DNA of 64,000 nucleotides from Nitrospirales bacterium (GTDB lineage Bacteria; Nitrospirota; Nitrospiria; Nitrospirales; UBA8639): NCBI GenBank assembly GCA_965203295.1, contig CBDBCZ010000015.1, positions 160,001 to 224,000 of the forward strand, read 5' to 3'. Shown piece by piece: positions 61,801 to 64,000 of this stretch (position 1 is its first letter; each line of letters starts with the position of its first letter). The notes under the pieces were generated by a model. It saw only the letters and a program-made list of their open reading frames with translations, ran no database searches and was not told where the DNA came from. The position numbers and the translations under genes were made by a program.

Positions 61801-64000
61801 TTGACACTCATAACTCAACAACACAGTAATAGAAGCCCACAAATCCCTTAAGAGCTCATGTTATACATACATCCCATAGTTGATATTCAGCATGTGAGTG
61901 TGCAGCTGGAGGTAGGGTGTGCTACATACATGTAGTCCACACTAATTGTGCTTCGTCTGCATTAAGCCAACTGTTATAGTATACGTACATGTAGTAATGC
62001 ATTTTAATGGGCTTAAGCTGCACCTGGTCCTAATTAAGCTGCACCTGTGCCTGTATCTTTGGCTATTAATTTGTGATGCATGTTTCATTTTACAGAGGAA
62101 TTATATTCCAATGTGAATGGGGACTTCTTTGCATTCAACAAAATACCCAGAATTTTGTTTCAGCACAAAGCAAGGTACCTACGTATGTACATAGTATTAT
62201 AAGAAGTTAGAAAGTATTGTGTAATGTAATCAATCTGCATGTGTTTACATACATACTATATGTACATACTTTACTTATGTGCTGCATAATTAGCCTCGTT
62301 CCCAGTCCTTCCCACCCCAGCTTTATCTCACAGCCATGGAGAAAAAGCTCTTCCCACCCCAGCTTTTAACGAGGCTACTGCATAATATCTTAAAGCTGTA
62401 CATGTGCCCCCCCCCCGAGAGTTCCAAGCGTTCCCCAATTTGATGCATGTATAAATTATTATAATGCAGTCTTCAGTGGTACACCTAGCCTTGTTCCCAG
62501 GCTCTCTGCCCAGCTTTTTTCGCACCACATGCAAGAAAAAGCTGGGCAGAGAGCCTGGGTACGAGGCTAAGCTACACCCTTGGCAGTAACATTATTTCGT
62601 GTACACGAACGTATGTGATGTATACCTATTGTGGAAAGAGAATAACTAGCTTGTGTTTTGCTTTTTTATGTAATTGCTTCTCTAATGCATAGTGTGTGCA
62701 TGTGCATAGACACTCAGGGTGGACCTGTAGTGTAGTAGATAGTAACTGCTATGAGTACGGTTTAGCACCTGCCACAAGGGAAACATTACCCATTATATCC
62801 TGCAAGAAAAGCTATTGCCTGCGGAGTGTCCAAAGCCAATAGCCTTTCCTTTGTAACCATGCATGTCTGAGATTGGTGGTAAACATATGAGTGAGAAATT
62901 AATTATTATACATGTACCGGCTTCTTTTATTTTAGTGGTTTACTGTGTGAAATCCGTGCTCTTACTGGCAATGTAAGTTATAAACAAAATTTAATGAATC
63001 ATCAGAATTTGTGCAAGCTTGATACTATTCGTGATTGGTTTGCATGTAGGTACGTATGGATTCCTGAAATTGTACTCTATGAGAGCTTCAATTCATTGTA
63101 TTCTGTATTCTCACATATATTCTGGAATATAAATCTGCTTCATGTTGTACCTTTTTTGAGTTATGTGTTAATTCTACCCCATAGCCTGTTGCTCTAACTT
63201 CACTGCTAAGACTGTATGGCTGCATAGATGAAAGGGTTCTAAAGCTGGGTGTTCTCTTCAGATACTGGGCAAAAGTAAGATATTACTGTACTCTCAGAAG
63301 GTATGGCTGGCTGGCTGGTGAGCACCATACTGTATATCTGCATGTAAAACAGCCTAAATGTATGGTGAATTCACATTCAGTTTTGCAGCAGTCAGTCACG
63401 TGTTTTTACTTTGATGTACCACGTATGTTAATGGTTACTTCTTTCCATTCATGTAGCTATGTCGTGTGGACATACAGGAGAATGGCTACTACCCTGGCCA
63501 CATGTTTGTGGTGATGGTCATCTACTTTCTGCAGCAGAGGAAGCCCCCTCTTCTGCCTTCACTTCATGAGGTGAGGAATACCCTTTTAACAACATACATA
63601 ATTAAGCTGTGTACATGTGTATAAACATGTGAATTAATATAAGCTTCAAGGGGCAGCTATGCCTATTACAGTTATAATGTACGCATTATATTCTTACCAT
63701 CTAGATGGCTGTGTGTGGTAAAGCTGAGAGTGAAGGAAGTGAAAGCAGACATGCTGAGAGAGGAAGATCTCAAGTTGAAGAAAAGGCTGATGATGGAGAA
63801 ATTGAACGAGTCGATGCCAAGGGAGAAGGGTCAGAAGATGCAAAGAAGAGAGTTCAGCGAGGCAGTAGGAGAAAGATGGGTGGAGGAAAGACAACCCAGT
63901 ATGTAGCTCCTCCTGTTGAGCACCTCAGTGATCTGCCCGAAATCAGGAGAAGGTGGCAATGCAGGAACCAGGAGAACCTGGGGGAGCTGTGGTATGGGCT
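58825..64000 (+). CDS. Terminal uridylyltransferase TUT4/TUT7-like (ZCCHC11/ZCCHC6), 5' part; truncated by window end
   Basis: Exons 58825-58932, 59256-59375 (C2H2-type finger CTLC..H.QSKVH), 59610-59793, 60944-61044 (LFGSSASGFALSTSNVNLDL), 61496-61547, 62096-62174, 62936-62972 (SGLLCEI), 63185-63274 (LFRYWAK), 63457-63570 (LCRVD..MVIYFLQQRKPPLLP) and 63705->64000 (NLGELW). Order matches the TUT4/7 N-terminal module. Confidence 0.85.
62291..62377. mobile_element. TAGCCTCG...CGAGGCTA MITE, 9-bp TSD
   Basis: CTGCATAAT repeated at 62282-62290 and 62378-62386. Confidence 0.8.
62486..62569. mobile_element. Palindromic MITE, same subfamily as 48488-48599
   Basis: TAGCCTTGTTCCCAGGCTCTCTGCCCAGC..GCTGGGCAGAGAGCCTGGGTACGAGGCTA; flanks TGGTACACC/AGCTACACC (degenerate TSD). 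Confidence 0.75.

Overview
Intron-rich, repeat-rich animal genomic DNA. The repeat and gene style suggests a marine invertebrate, possibly a demosponge (inference only). I reconstructed four spliced genes by hand from splice sites and recalled homology: TAF2 exon 1 (-, gene runs off the left edge), a complete 14-exon TRAPPC13 (-), a complete 15-exon OXCT1/SCOT (+) head-to-head with TRAPPC13, and the 5' part of a TUT4/TUT7 terminal uridylyltransferase (+, runs off the right edge). The standout is an intronless 1189-aa ORF fusing a stonustoxin/verrucotoxin-like pore-forming N-terminus to FN3, a septin/AIG1-like P-loop GTPase, a Cys/His cluster and coiled coils, which is a candidate GTP-regulated pore-forming immune effector. 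OXCT1 has a clear U12-type (minor spliceosome) intron and a probable GC-AG intron. Mobile DNA includes palindromic MITEs with 9-bp TSDs, Harbinger-like MITEs, decayed LINE, CRE-like and Penelope-like elements, a Gypsy-like remnant with two tandem tRNA-Leu primer-binding sites, a repeat pair whose terminal hairpin occurs in flip and flop orientations, and a ~560-bp near-perfect palindrome. All homology calls are from memory of protein families; no searches were run.
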